Positions 1 to 7,909 of a stretch of 22,567 bases of DNA are shown here, piece after piece. The notes under the pieces were generated by a model. The model had not been told where the DNA came from, searched no databases, and saw only the letters and a list, made by a program, of their open reading frames with translations. Position 1 is the first letter of the stretch. Each line of letters starts with the position of its first letter. The stretch comes from Candidatus Hydrogenedentota bacterium. GTDB lineage: Bacteria > Hydrogenedentota > Hydrogenedentia > Hydrogenedentales > SLHB01. The translations under genes were made by a program, and so were the position numbers. The stretch is taken from positions 1-22,567 of the forward strand of contig JAWXCN010000074.1 of the NCBI GenBank assembly GCA_034408725.1, written 5' to 3'.

Positions 1-2
1 GC

Positions 3-1682
3 TACATGGAACACACACTTTTTACTGTCACCGATTCCTGGCCGGACGTTTTGTTTGGGTATGCCGTGCTATTTTTTCTGGGGGCATTGTGGGCCGGTAT
101 CGGCGGCGGGGCCCTTGGTCTCGCGCTGACATTGCCGCGCTCGCGCCTGGAACCGCTCGCGCGAGTATTCGTTTCCATCTGCGTGACTTTCCTTGCGGTG
201 TATGCGTACCTGCTGTTCAACGAGCGCGTCCGCGAGGCCTACGAGCAATTCACACTGGATCAGTTTCACGACGGCGAATGGCTGGCAGCGGTGATCGTTC
301 CAACCGTCGCCATTTTTCACTACCTCGCGCGGCCCGGCGACCGGCACGCCGCGCTGGTGTTTCTGTGGTGTTCGCTGGGCTGGTGGCTTGGTTACCTGGT
401 GCTGACGAAATTTGGCGGTATTGTGCTTGCGCCGCCGTTTCGCAGCGAGAGCTGGGGCGGGGTCTTGGGTGTGCTTCTCGCGCTGATGCTGTATCTAACG
501 GCGAGCAACAACCGCGCGGCAATGTTGCTTTGCCGGTACGGCGTTTTCGGCGGCGGATTGGGCTTCATGTTTGCCGTTTTTCTGCGGCACCCCGTGCGGG
601 TCGCGTGGGGGCCGTTTGCGCCGATAGCCGATCAATTGCCGCAATGGAAGATCGCTGAAGAGTTGTTCGGCCTGTTCATGGGCATCGCAATGGGACTTGG
701 TGTGTCACGCCTGGAACGCGAAGGGCTTACGGCTGCGGCCGAAGACCGCCCACGAAAACCGTTGGATATATTCGCGGTGTTTGTGATGCTGGTTGCGCTG
801 ATGTGGGTGAACCTTCGCCGTGCGCCAATGGATTGGCTGAACCGTTACGAAAATATTCCGAATGAACCGATCCTCGGCGTCATGCCGTGGCTGTGGTTTT
901 TCGCCGGTGGAATCACGATGACCGCGGTTGGCCTGTACGCACTGTTTTTGTATTCACGCGATGCGCTTGTGATGACGCCATCCACGGCGTTCGGGAAAGG
1001 CGCGCTGATTCTCATCCTGCTGCTGTGGATGACCGCAGTCGGTGGATTCGTGCAGCATTTCCCCGGCAACCACGGCGGCAGCCACATGCTGGTTGATGCG
1101 AGTTTTGTGCTGCTGTGCGCAATCGCGACGGCAATGTTGCTCAAGAAGCGGGTGGCCGCCGAACCTGCTTACGCAACGGCCCAAGCGTCCGACACGCGCT
1201 GGCGCGCGGGCTCGGGAACGATCATTGTTGTCGTGTGCTCGATAGCCGCGGTGTTCGCGGTATCCGGCATCAGCAAGGCCATGCAGGACGGCCCGGCCAA
1301 AGCGGCCCGGCTGCGCTTCGGCGAAAACGCCTATTGGCGGCAGCAGGCGGCGCTCATCGGTGTGTGGAGCGTTGTTGGCTACGCGCCGGACGACCGCGGC
1401 GAACCGATTGATTCCGAGGGTATTTCGCTGCGGTCGGTTGCGTTTTTACCGAGCAGATTTGTTGTGCTTGAAATGGCGGACGGCACTCGAGTGGAGCAAT
1501 TGCATCGCTGGCATTACATGAACAGCCAAACGCACCTCGACTGGAACGATAAATCCGACGACCCGAAAGAGCGCGTAACCGTCGCGCTCACTCTCCGCGG
1601 AAGCCGCGTCTACATTCCCTGGCCACCGGACGCGCCCACGGGAAAGTATCTGGTGTTGGAGAAGGCAGCTTCGCGCGAATAG
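3..1682 (+). CDS. Polytopic integral membrane protein of unknown function, probably 5'-truncated by the window edge
   Basis: 558-aa ORF from ATG 6. The frame is open to the window start (TAC at 3-5 precedes the ATG), so the true start may lie upstream. Roughly a dozen or more hydrophobic Gly/Trp-rich segments are followed by a soluble C-terminal region of about 130 aa. No family motif recognised. Confidence 0.7.
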   Translation, partial: YMEHTLFTVTDSWPDVLFGYAVLFFLGALWAGIGGGALGLALTLPRSRLEPLARVFVSICVTFLAVYAYLLFNERVREAYEQFTLDQFHDGEWLAAVIVPTVAIFHYLARPGDRHAALVFLWCSLGWWLGYLVLTKFGGIVLAPPFRSESWGGVLGVLLALMLYLTASNNRAAMLLCRYGVFGGGLGFMFAVFLRHPVRVAWGPFAPIADQLPQWKIAEELFGLFMGIAMGLGVSRLEREGLTAAAEDRPRKPLDIFAVFVMLVALMWVNLRRAPMDWLNRYENIPNEPILGVMPWLWFFAGGITMTAVGLYALFLYSRDALVMTPSTAFGKGALILILLLWMTAVGGFVQHFPGNHGGSHMLVDASFVLLCAIATAMLLKKRVAAEPAYATAQASDTRWRAGSGTIIVVVCSIAAVFAVSGISKAMQDGPAKAARLRFGENAYWRQQAALIGVWSVVGYAPDDRGEPIDSEGISLRSVAFLPSRFVVLEMADGTRVEQLHRWHYMNSQTHLDWNDKSDDPKERVTVALTLRGSRVYIPWPPDAPTGKYLVLEKAASRE

Positions 1683-1702
1683 AAGGATTATATCTTCGAG
1701 GA

Positions 1703-1765
1703 TTTATCCCTTGCGTCGTGGTGGGTATAATGACGCCGGTGTAAGCGGCGCGATGAAACAAAGGT
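1703..1765 (+). promoter_or_regulatory. Putative sigma70-type promoter and RBS of the opp operon
   Basis: Perfect TATAAT at 1726-1731, weak -35 TTTATC at 1703-1708 (17-nt spacer), and AAGGT at 1761-1765, 7 nt before ATG 1773. Confidence 0.45.
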
Positions 1766-1772
1766 GTACGCA

Positions 1773-3404
1773 ATGACGAAGCGATTCCTGGCGTCTTTAT
1801 TTTTTCTATTGGCCGCGGGTTGCACGGGCGAAAATGAGGGCACGGGGAACGGCAATTCATCCAACGCGCCGCGGGACAACGTGCTGCGCGTCGCGGCGGA
1901 CGCCGAACCGCAATCGCTCGATCCCATGCTGACCACGGGTCATACCGAGCATCGTATTCTCTGCTCCCTCTTCGAAGGTCTTACTACTCTCAATCAAAAG
2001 ACGCTTGCCGTCGAGCCCGGCGTTGCCCAATCGTGGGAGATGTCGAGCGATGGGAAGACTTACACATTCAGGCTGAACCCGGCGGCGAAATGGTCTGACG
2101 GGACTCCAATCACCGCGAACGATTTCATCTATAGTTGGAAGCGCATACTTTCGCCGAAGCTGGGCAGCGAATATTCGTACATGCTGTGGTGCCTTGAAAA
2201 TGGCGAAAAATACAACAAGGGTGACGTAACGGATTTTGCTCAGGTCGGGGCAAAGGCCATAGACGATCACACGCTTGAAGTAAAGCTGCTCTACCCCGCG
2301 CCCTATTTCCTCACGGTACACATGCACAACGCGTGGTTTCCCGTGCAGCAGGCAACCATTGAGAAACATGGAAACATCGACGACCGGCAGAGCAAATGGA
2401 TTCTGCCGGAAAACATGGTGTCAAACGGGCCGTTTAAACTGGTTGAATGGCAGCCGAACCGCGTCATCCGCGTTGTGCGCAACGAGCATTACTGGAACGT
2501 GGCCAATGTTTCACTCGAGGAAATCCAGTTTTACCCCGTCAATGGGAACCTGCAAACCGCGGAGCGCATGTTCCGTGCGAACGAAGTGGATACGATGGAA
2601 ACGTTGCTCATTACAAAGGTGCCCGCGTACAAGCGCGACAACCCGGACGTGCTGCGGCTCGACCCGTTTACCGCGACGTATTTCTATCGCATCAATACCA
2701 CGCGTCCGCCATTGAACGATCCGCGCGTGCGGCTCGCGCTGGCGATGTCCGTCGATAAAGAGTCCATTTGTAACGACGTTTTGTTTGGCGCGTTCATTCC
2801 GGCGCGCGCTCTCTCGCCGCCTGGCATCGGCGGGTACACGGCGGACGCCGGCATCGACTACGACCTTGCGAAAGCGAAGCAATTAATGGCCGAGGCTGGG
2901 TTCCCCGATGGCAAGGGTATGCGTCCCCTGGAAATCCTGTATAACGAAAGTGAAGACCACCAGATGATCGCCGAGGCGGTTCAGGACATGTGGAAGAAAA
3001 ACCTCGGGATCGATGTCACTTCGAGCAAGCAGGAGTGGAAGGTCTACCTGAATTCGATGACCGCGTTGAACTACGACGTTGTGCGCGCGGGATGGATTGC
3101 CGATTACCTTGACCCGATGAACTATATCGAATGCTTCACCACCGGCAACGGCAACAACCGGACGGGTTGGACGAACGCGGAGTATGACTCACTCGAACAA
3201 AAGGCGCGCTTTGAAATCGATCCGGCGAAACGCTTCGGTTTCATGCAGGAAGCGGAAGGAATCCTTCTCGGGGATACGCCGATCATTCCTATCTATACCT
3301 ACCGCCAGCGATACCTCGTATCGCCCTCGGTGCAAGGGTACGATTCCAATCCGATGGCGTATATGAACTATCGCTATTTTTCCGTGAAGCATCAGCCCAA
3401 CTAG
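1773..3404 (+). CDS. oppA: Oligopeptide ABC transporter substrate-binding lipoprotein (SBP family 5)
   Basis: Signal peptide with lipobox LAAG-C. Family-5 motifs EPQSLDP, LFEGL, PGVAQSWEMSSDGKTYTFRL, KWSDGTPITANDF, SNGPFKL, GWIADYLDPMNY. ATG 1773 chosen over GTG 1764 because of RBS spacing. Confidence 0.93.
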   Translation: MTKRFLASLFFLLAAGCTGENEGTGNGNSSNAPRDNVLRVAADAEPQSLDPMLTTGHTEHRILCSLFEGLTTLNQKTLAVEPGVAQSWEMSSDGKTYTFRLNPAAKWSDGTPITANDFIYSWKRILSPKLGSEYSYMLWCLENGEKYNKGDVTDFAQVGAKAIDDHTLEVKLLYPAPYFLTVHMHNAWFPVQQATIEKHGNIDDRQSKWILPENMVSNGPFKLVEWQPNRVIRVVRNEHYWNVANVSLEEIQFYPVNGNLQTAERMFRANEVDTMETLLITKVPAYKRDNPDVLRLDPFTATYFYRINTTRPPLNDPRVRLALAMSVDKESICNDVLFGAFIPARALSPPGIGGYTADAGIDYDLAKAKQLMAEAGFPDGKGMRPLEILYNESEDHQMIAEAVQDMWKKNLGIDVTSSKQEWKVYLNSMTALNYDVVRAGWIADYLDPMNYIECFTTGNGNNRTGWTNAEYDSLEQKARFEIDPAKRFGFMQEAEGILLGDTPIIPIYTYRQRYLVSPSVQGYDSNPMAYMNYRYFSVKHQPN

Positions 3405-3438
3405 CCCCGCGCATGCTTATCCTTTTGAAAGCGCTCGC

Positions 3439-4359
3439 ATGACGCGGTTCATCCTCCGGCGCCTGGCGGGATTTGTTCCGGTTTTCCTAATAATCGCGAC
3501 GCTGATATTTTTTCTGATTCGAATGGCGCCCGGCGGCCCGTTTCAGGAAGGCGAACGCTTCGTGCCGCCGGAGGTGCTCGAACAGATTCGAGATACCTAC
3601 AACCTCAATGCGCCGTTACATGTGCAGTATTTCGATTATATGCGCGATTTGCTGCGCGGCGATCTTGGGCCTTCCATGCAGCAACCAAGCCGCACCGTCA
3701 GCGAATGGATTGTGTTGCGCGCGCCGGTGTCGATCGAACTTGGCGCGTACGCGCTGGTCGTGTCGGTTGTGCTGGGCCTCTTTGCCGGTGTGCTCGCCGC
3801 GCTTCGTCCAAACACGCTCACGGATTATGTGCCGATGTCACTGGCGATGGTGGGAATATGCCTTCCAACATTTGTAATGGGTCCGCTGCTTGTATTGGGC
3901 TTTGCGCTCAAGTTGCAATGGTTTCCCGTTGCCGGATGGGACACAGCCGCGCACAAAGTGCTTCCGGCATTGACGCTCGGCGCGGTATACGCGGCCTATG
4001 TCGCCCGGCTTGCGCGGGGCGGTATGTTCGAGGTGTTGGCGCAAGACTTTATTCGCACCGCGCGCGCGAAAGGGCTGAGCGAGGCGCGCGTCGTGTTGCG
4101 CCACGCTTTGCGCGGCGGTATTCAGCCGGTGGTGTCGTTTCTCGGTCCGGCCGCGGCGGGGCTGCTGACGGGTTCCTTCGTCGTCGAAAAGATTTTTCAG
4201 ATTCCAGGGCTAGGCAAGCAGTTTGTCGAGGCCGCGTTCAATCGCGATTACACGATGCTGTTGGGCGCCGTGCTGTTTTATGCGGTACTGATTCTCGCCT
4301 TTAATTTGATTGTGGACATTGCGCAAGCCTGGCTTGATCCGCGGGTGCGTTATGACTGA
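3439..4359 (+). CDS. oppB: Oligopeptide ABC transporter permease, OppB
   Basis: N-terminus FILRRL...APGGPF, LRGDLGPS, EAA-loop region DFIRTARAKGL, HALR, VEKIFQIPGLG, NRDY, C-terminal LDPRVR. Confidence 0.93.
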   Translation: MTRFILRRLAGFVPVFLIIATLIFFLIRMAPGGPFQEGERFVPPEVLEQIRDTYNLNAPLHVQYFDYMRDLLRGDLGPSMQQPSRTVSEWIVLRAPVSIELGAYALVVSVVLGLFAGVLAALRPNTLTDYVPMSLAMVGICLPTFVMGPLLVLGFALKLQWFPVAGWDTAAHKVLPALTLGAVYAAYVARLARGGMFEVLAQDFIRTARAKGLSEARVVLRHALRGGIQPVVSFLGPAAAGLLTGSFVVEKIFQIPGLGKQFVEAAFNRDYTMLLGAVLFYAVLILAFNLIVDIAQAWLDPRVRYD

Positions 4360-5230
4360 GGCCGCCGTGCCACTCCTCGAAGCGGGAACATCGCTATGGC
4401 GCGACGCGTGGCGGCGTCTTCGTAAGAACCACCTCGCCACATTTGCGCTTGTTGTGCTTATTCTAATACTTTTTGTTGTGGTGATTGGCCCGTGGATTTC
4501 GCCGTACTCGTATGAGACGCAGGACCGTGAACTCGGAGCGGCGCCGCCCACGGCAAAAAACTGGTTCGGCACGGACACGCTGGGCCGCGATCTGTTCACG
4601 CGCATTCTCTACGGCGGGCGTATTTCACTGATGGTGGGATTCTGCGCAACCGCTGTGTCGCTCACAATCGGCGTGCTCTACGGCGCGGTGTCCGGCTTCG
4701 CGGGCGGCCGGGTGGATTCCGCGATGATGCGAGTCGTCGATATTTTGTACACGCTGCCATTCACCATTGTCGTGATCATTCTCACGGTCTATCTCGGGAA
4801 AAGTATTGTGCTGCTGTTTCTCGCAATTGGCGCGATTGAATGGCTCACGATGGCGCGCATCGTGCGAGGGCAAGTCGTGGGGTTGCGCAACAAGGAGTTT
4901 GTCGAGGCGGCGTACGTGATGGGGCTTAGCCGGAGCCGGATTATCCTGCGCCATCTCGTTCCAAACGCGCTCGGACCGATTATTGTGTACACCACGCTTA
5001 CGATTCCACAGGTGATGCTGCTTGAAGCGCTGATTAGTTTTCTTGGGCTGGGCGTGCAACCGCCGATGAGTTCCTGGGGCGTTTTAATTCAGGACGGCGC
5101 GAAACTCATGGAAGAGTATCCCTGGTTGCTGATATTCCCGAGCGTGTTCCTGTCGCTCACGCTTTTCTCGCTAAACTTTTTGGGCGATGGCCTGCGCGAC
5201 GCGTTAGATCCCCGGATGGCCAAAGACTAA
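4352..5230 (+). CDS. oppC: Oligopeptide ABC transporter permease, OppC
   Basis: SLWRDAWRRLRKN, WFGTDTLGRDLFTRILYGGRISL, EFVEAA, SFLGLGVQPP.SSWG, NFLGDGLRDALDP. ATG 4352 overlaps the end of oppB. Confidence 0.93.
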   Translation: MTEAAVPLLEAGTSLWRDAWRRLRKNHLATFALVVLILILFVVVIGPWISPYSYETQDRELGAAPPTAKNWFGTDTLGRDLFTRILYGGRISLMVGFCATAVSLTIGVLYGAVSGFAGGRVDSAMMRVVDILYTLPFTIVVIILTVYLGKSIVLLFLAIGAIEWLTMARIVRGQVVGLRNKEFVEAAYVMGLSRSRIILRHLVPNALGPIIVYTTLTIPQVMLLEALISFLGLGVQPPMSSWGVLIQDGAKLMEEYPWLLIFPSVFLSLTLFSLNFLGDGLRDALDPRMAKD

Positions 5231-5316
5231 ACACATGATTAAAAAAACGAAAACGCTATTCCGCGTAGCGCCCCACTTACGTCATGTCGGATTGTATCGC
5301 ATCAATTTTGAATTCA

Positions 5317-5344
5317 AATCTGCGCGAATCTGCGTAATCTGCGG
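5317..5344. repeat. Three tandem AATCTGCG units (9-10 nt period)
   Basis: AATCTGCGCG-AATCTGCGT-AATCTGCGG in the oppC-oppD spacer. Confidence 0.75.
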
Positions 5345-5355
5345 ACCAAGATTTT

Positions 5356-6333
5356 ATGCCGCTACTTGACGTCAAAAATCTCCGCGCGCACTTTCACACG
5401 CGCGCTGGCGTTGTCCGCGCGGTGGACGGTATTTCTTTCACTGTTGACCCTGGCGAGATGCTTGGAATTGTCGGCGAATCTGGTTCCGGCAAATCAGTCG
5501 CCAATCTTTCACTGCTCGGCTTGATCCCAATGCCTCCCGGAAAAATAGAAAGCGGCTCCGCGCGGTTCGGTGATGTCGATCTGTTGTCATGTTCAAATTC
5601 TGAGCGCCGCGCGATTCGCGGAAAACGCATTAGCATGATTTTCCAGGACCCGATGACCGCGCTCAATCCCTACCATCGCGTTGGCGATCAGATCATGGAG
5701 CCGTTGCGCGTGCATGAACGCAGCACCAAACGCGAAGCCCATGCGCGCGCACTCGAGATGCTGCAACGCGCCGGTATTCAAGACGCCGAGCGCCGCATGC
5801 GCGCATACCCGCACCAGTTTTCAGGCGGCATGCGGCAGCGGGTGATGATCGCGATGGCGCTAATCACGCGGCCAGAACTGCTCATTGCAGACGAACCTAC
5901 TACGGCGCTCGACGTAACCGTGCAGGCGCAGATACTGGAACTCATGAAACGAATGCAGGCGGAACTCGGCATGGCTGTGATACTTGTCACGCACGATCTC
6001 GGCGTCATCGCGGAATCCTGTGATCGCGTACACGTAATGTACGCGGGCCGCATCGTTGAATCCGCAAGAACCACCGATCTTTTTACCGCGCCCAAGCACC
6101 CGTATACCCGCGCGCTGATGGCGTCAATCCCCGCGACGCAGAAAAAAGGCGCGACCCTGCACACCATTGCCGGGTCTCCGCCAGATCTCACGCAAGCGAT
6201 AATTGGTTGCCCATTCGCGCCGCGTTGCGAGCACGCCGCGCCGAAATGCGCGGCACAGCCGGTCGAGCTTCTTGGCATCGCGCCGGGCCACGCTACCGCG
6301 TGTTTGCGCGTGCAACTGGGAGAAATTGCGTGA
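5356..6333 (+). CDS. oppD: Oligopeptide ABC transporter ATP-binding protein, OppD
   Basis: Walker [10 protein letters not shown]-loop MIFQDPM, signature FSGGMRQR, Walker [17 protein letters not shown], and C-terminal Cys motif GCPFAPRC...C...C. Confidence 0.93.
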   Translation: MPLLDVKNLRAHFHTRAGVVRAVDGISFTVDPGEMLGIVGESGSGKSVANLSLLGLIPMPPGKIESGSARFGDVDLLSCSNSERRAIRGKRISMIFQDPMTALNPYHRVGDQIMEPLRVHERSTKREAHARALEMLQRAGIQDAERRMRAYPHQFSGGMRQRVMIAMALITRPELLIADEPTTALDVTVQAQILELMKRMQAELGMAVILVTHDLGVIAESCDRVHVMYAGRIVESARTTDLFTAPKHPYTRALMASIPATQKKGATLHTIAGSPPDLTQAIIGCPFAPRCEHAAPKCAAQPVELLGIAPGHATACLRVQLGEIA

Positions 6334-7289
6334 CGGCCCCGCTCCTCGACCTCCGGGACCTTGCCGTACAGTATCCCTCGGCGCACGGCATGGTCCGCGC
6401 GGTGGACGGCGTGAATCTCGCCGTAGCGCACGGAGAATCTGTTGGGCTCGTTGGCGAATCCGGTTGCGGCAAATCGACGCTGGCGCGGAGCATCGTGCGG
6501 CTGGCGCCGATCACGCGCGGCCAAATCAATTTCGATGGCAAAGACATCGCCACGCTTTCGCGCGCCGCGCTTCGCGCCATCCGTCCCTCTATTCAAATGA
6601 TTTTCCAAGACCCCTACGCATCGCTGAATCCGCGCATGACCATTCTCGACGCGCTTGCCGAACCCATGCGGGTTCATGGTCACGCGACGCGGGGCGACGT
6701 CACCACGCTTGTGGCGGCGTTGATGGAGCGCGTGGGTCTGGCGTCGCGCTGGATGAGGAAGTATCCGCACGAGTTTTCCGGCGGACAACGCCAGCGAATC
6801 GCCATTGCACGCGCATTGGCGTTGCGCCCGCGGATGATCATCGCCGATGAGCCGGTGTCCGCGCTGGATGTATCGGTACAGGCGCAGATATTGAACTTGA
6901 TCTCCGAGTTGTGCCGTGAAGAGCAACTCACGCTCTTGCTCATTTCCCATGACCTCGGAGTTGTAAAGCACCTGTCGCACCGCATCGCGGTGATGTATTT
7001 GGGGAAAATTGTCGAACTGGGCGACGCCGAACAAGTCTATAACGCGCCGCGGCATCCGTATACGCGCGCGCTAATCAACGCGATCCCTATTCCCGATCCC
7101 ACGCGCAAACGTGACCGGGCGGGTTCGTTGTTGCGGGGTGATCCGCCGTCGCCGTTGAACCCGCCGAGGGGTTGTCCGTTTCATCCCCGCTGTCCATACA
7201 TGCAGGAGCGGTGCAAGACGACCGTGCCCCCGCTCGAACCCATGAGCGACGGCAGGGTTGTCGCGTGCATCCGCAAAGAGGAGATATAA
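6330..7289 (+). CDS. oppF: Oligopeptide ABC transporter ATP-binding protein, OppF
   Basis: [64 protein letters not shown] 6330 overlaps the oppD stop (GTGA). Confidence 0.93.
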   Translation: MTAPLLDLRDLAVQYPSAHGMVRAVDGVNLAVAHGESVGLVGESGCGKSTLARSIVRLAPITRGQINFDGKDIATLSRAALRAIRPSIQMIFQDPYASLNPRMTILDALAEPMRVHGHATRGDVTTLVAALMERVGLASRWMRKYPHEFSGGQRQRIAIARALALRPRMIIADEPVSALDVSVQAQILNLISELCREEQLTLLLISHDLGVVKHLSHRIAVMYLGKIVELGDAEQVYNAPRHPYTRALINAIPIPDPTRKRDRAGSLLRGDPPSPLNPPRGCPFHPRCPYMQERCKTTVPPLEPMSDGRVVACIRKEEI

Positions 7290-7290
7290 A

Positions 7291-7662
7291 ATGCCGCGCG
7301 AATTGCCCATAGCGTTTTACGAAGCGGTTTATCGGCTTGTGCGGGCGATTCCGCGCGGACGCGTAATGACGTACGGCCAGATAGCGGCCATCTTGGGTAT
7401 GCCTCGCGCTGCGCGGGCCGTTGGCTACGCCATGCACATGAGCGAGAACAAACGCGTGCCGTGGCAGCGCGTGATCAACCACAAGGGCGGCATCAGCGCG
7501 CGCGGCGATGTGGAACGCCCAACGGTCCAGCGCGTACTGTTGGAAAAGGAAGGCGTGCGGTTCAACACATCCGAATGCTGCGACCTGAAGAAATACCGCT
7601 GGGAGCCGTCCAATCCCGAAGACTACCTCTACGGTGAAGCGCCAGACCTGCCGTTTAGATAA
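7291..7662 (+). CDS. Alkyltransferase-like protein (ATL; MGMT/Ogt DNA-binding family, YbaZ/Atl-like)
   Basis: IPRGRVMTYGQIA, ARAVG, and PWQRV in place of the catalytic PCHRV, followed by QRVLLEKEGV. GAGGAG RBS precedes ATG 7291, which lies 1 nt after the oppF stop. Confidence 0.88.
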   Translation: MPRELPIAFYEAVYRLVRAIPRGRVMTYGQIAAILGMPRAARAVGYAMHMSENKRVPWQRVINHKGGISARGDVERPTVQRVLLEKEGVRFNTSECCDLKKYRWEPSNPEDYLYGEAPDLPFR

Positions 7663-7667
7663 CCCCG

Positions 7668-7830
7668 GCCGCGCGGAGCGCCTTGGACTGCGGTAGCGAA
7701 GTCGGCTTCGGACGCAGCTACCGCTTTCACTTCGGATTGGAAGTCGTCTGGAGTTATTACGAGGCGCTGCTGGTTTCTTGAAGTAAAAGCGGTAGCTGCC
7801 GCTACCGCAGTCCAAGGCGCTTTGCGCGGC
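7668..7830. repeat. REPIN/BIME-like element: two hairpin units in inverted orientation
   Basis: Perfect 22-bp inverted repeat at 7677-7698 / 7800-7821 (AGCGCCTTGGACTGCGGTAGCG). Outer 7-bp arms at 7668-7674 / 7824-7830 and inner 14-bp inverted repeat at 7714-7727 / 7786-7799. Each half also self-pairs as GCGGTAGC...GCTACCGC. Confidence 0.85.
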
Positions 7831-7909
7831 ATACCATAGACTGATTCAGGCGAAATCGGAATGTAGCACTACAAAATGATACCTTTCCATAATAAATCAG
7901 AGGCTATCC

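Noticed and set aside
6207-6329. Upstream extension of oppF
   Set aside because: Lies inside oppD. The GTGA overlap at 6330 gives a typical ABC ATPase N-terminus.
5778-7055. 425-aa minus-strand ORF
   Set aside because: Antisense shadow of oppD/oppF. Long stop-free antisense frames are expected in GC-rich genes, and it has no motifs of its own.
7668-7830. CRISPR array or tRNA interpretation of the palindrome
   Set aside because: Only two inverted units, no repeat-spacer periodicity, no cloverleaf, and no cas genes in the window.
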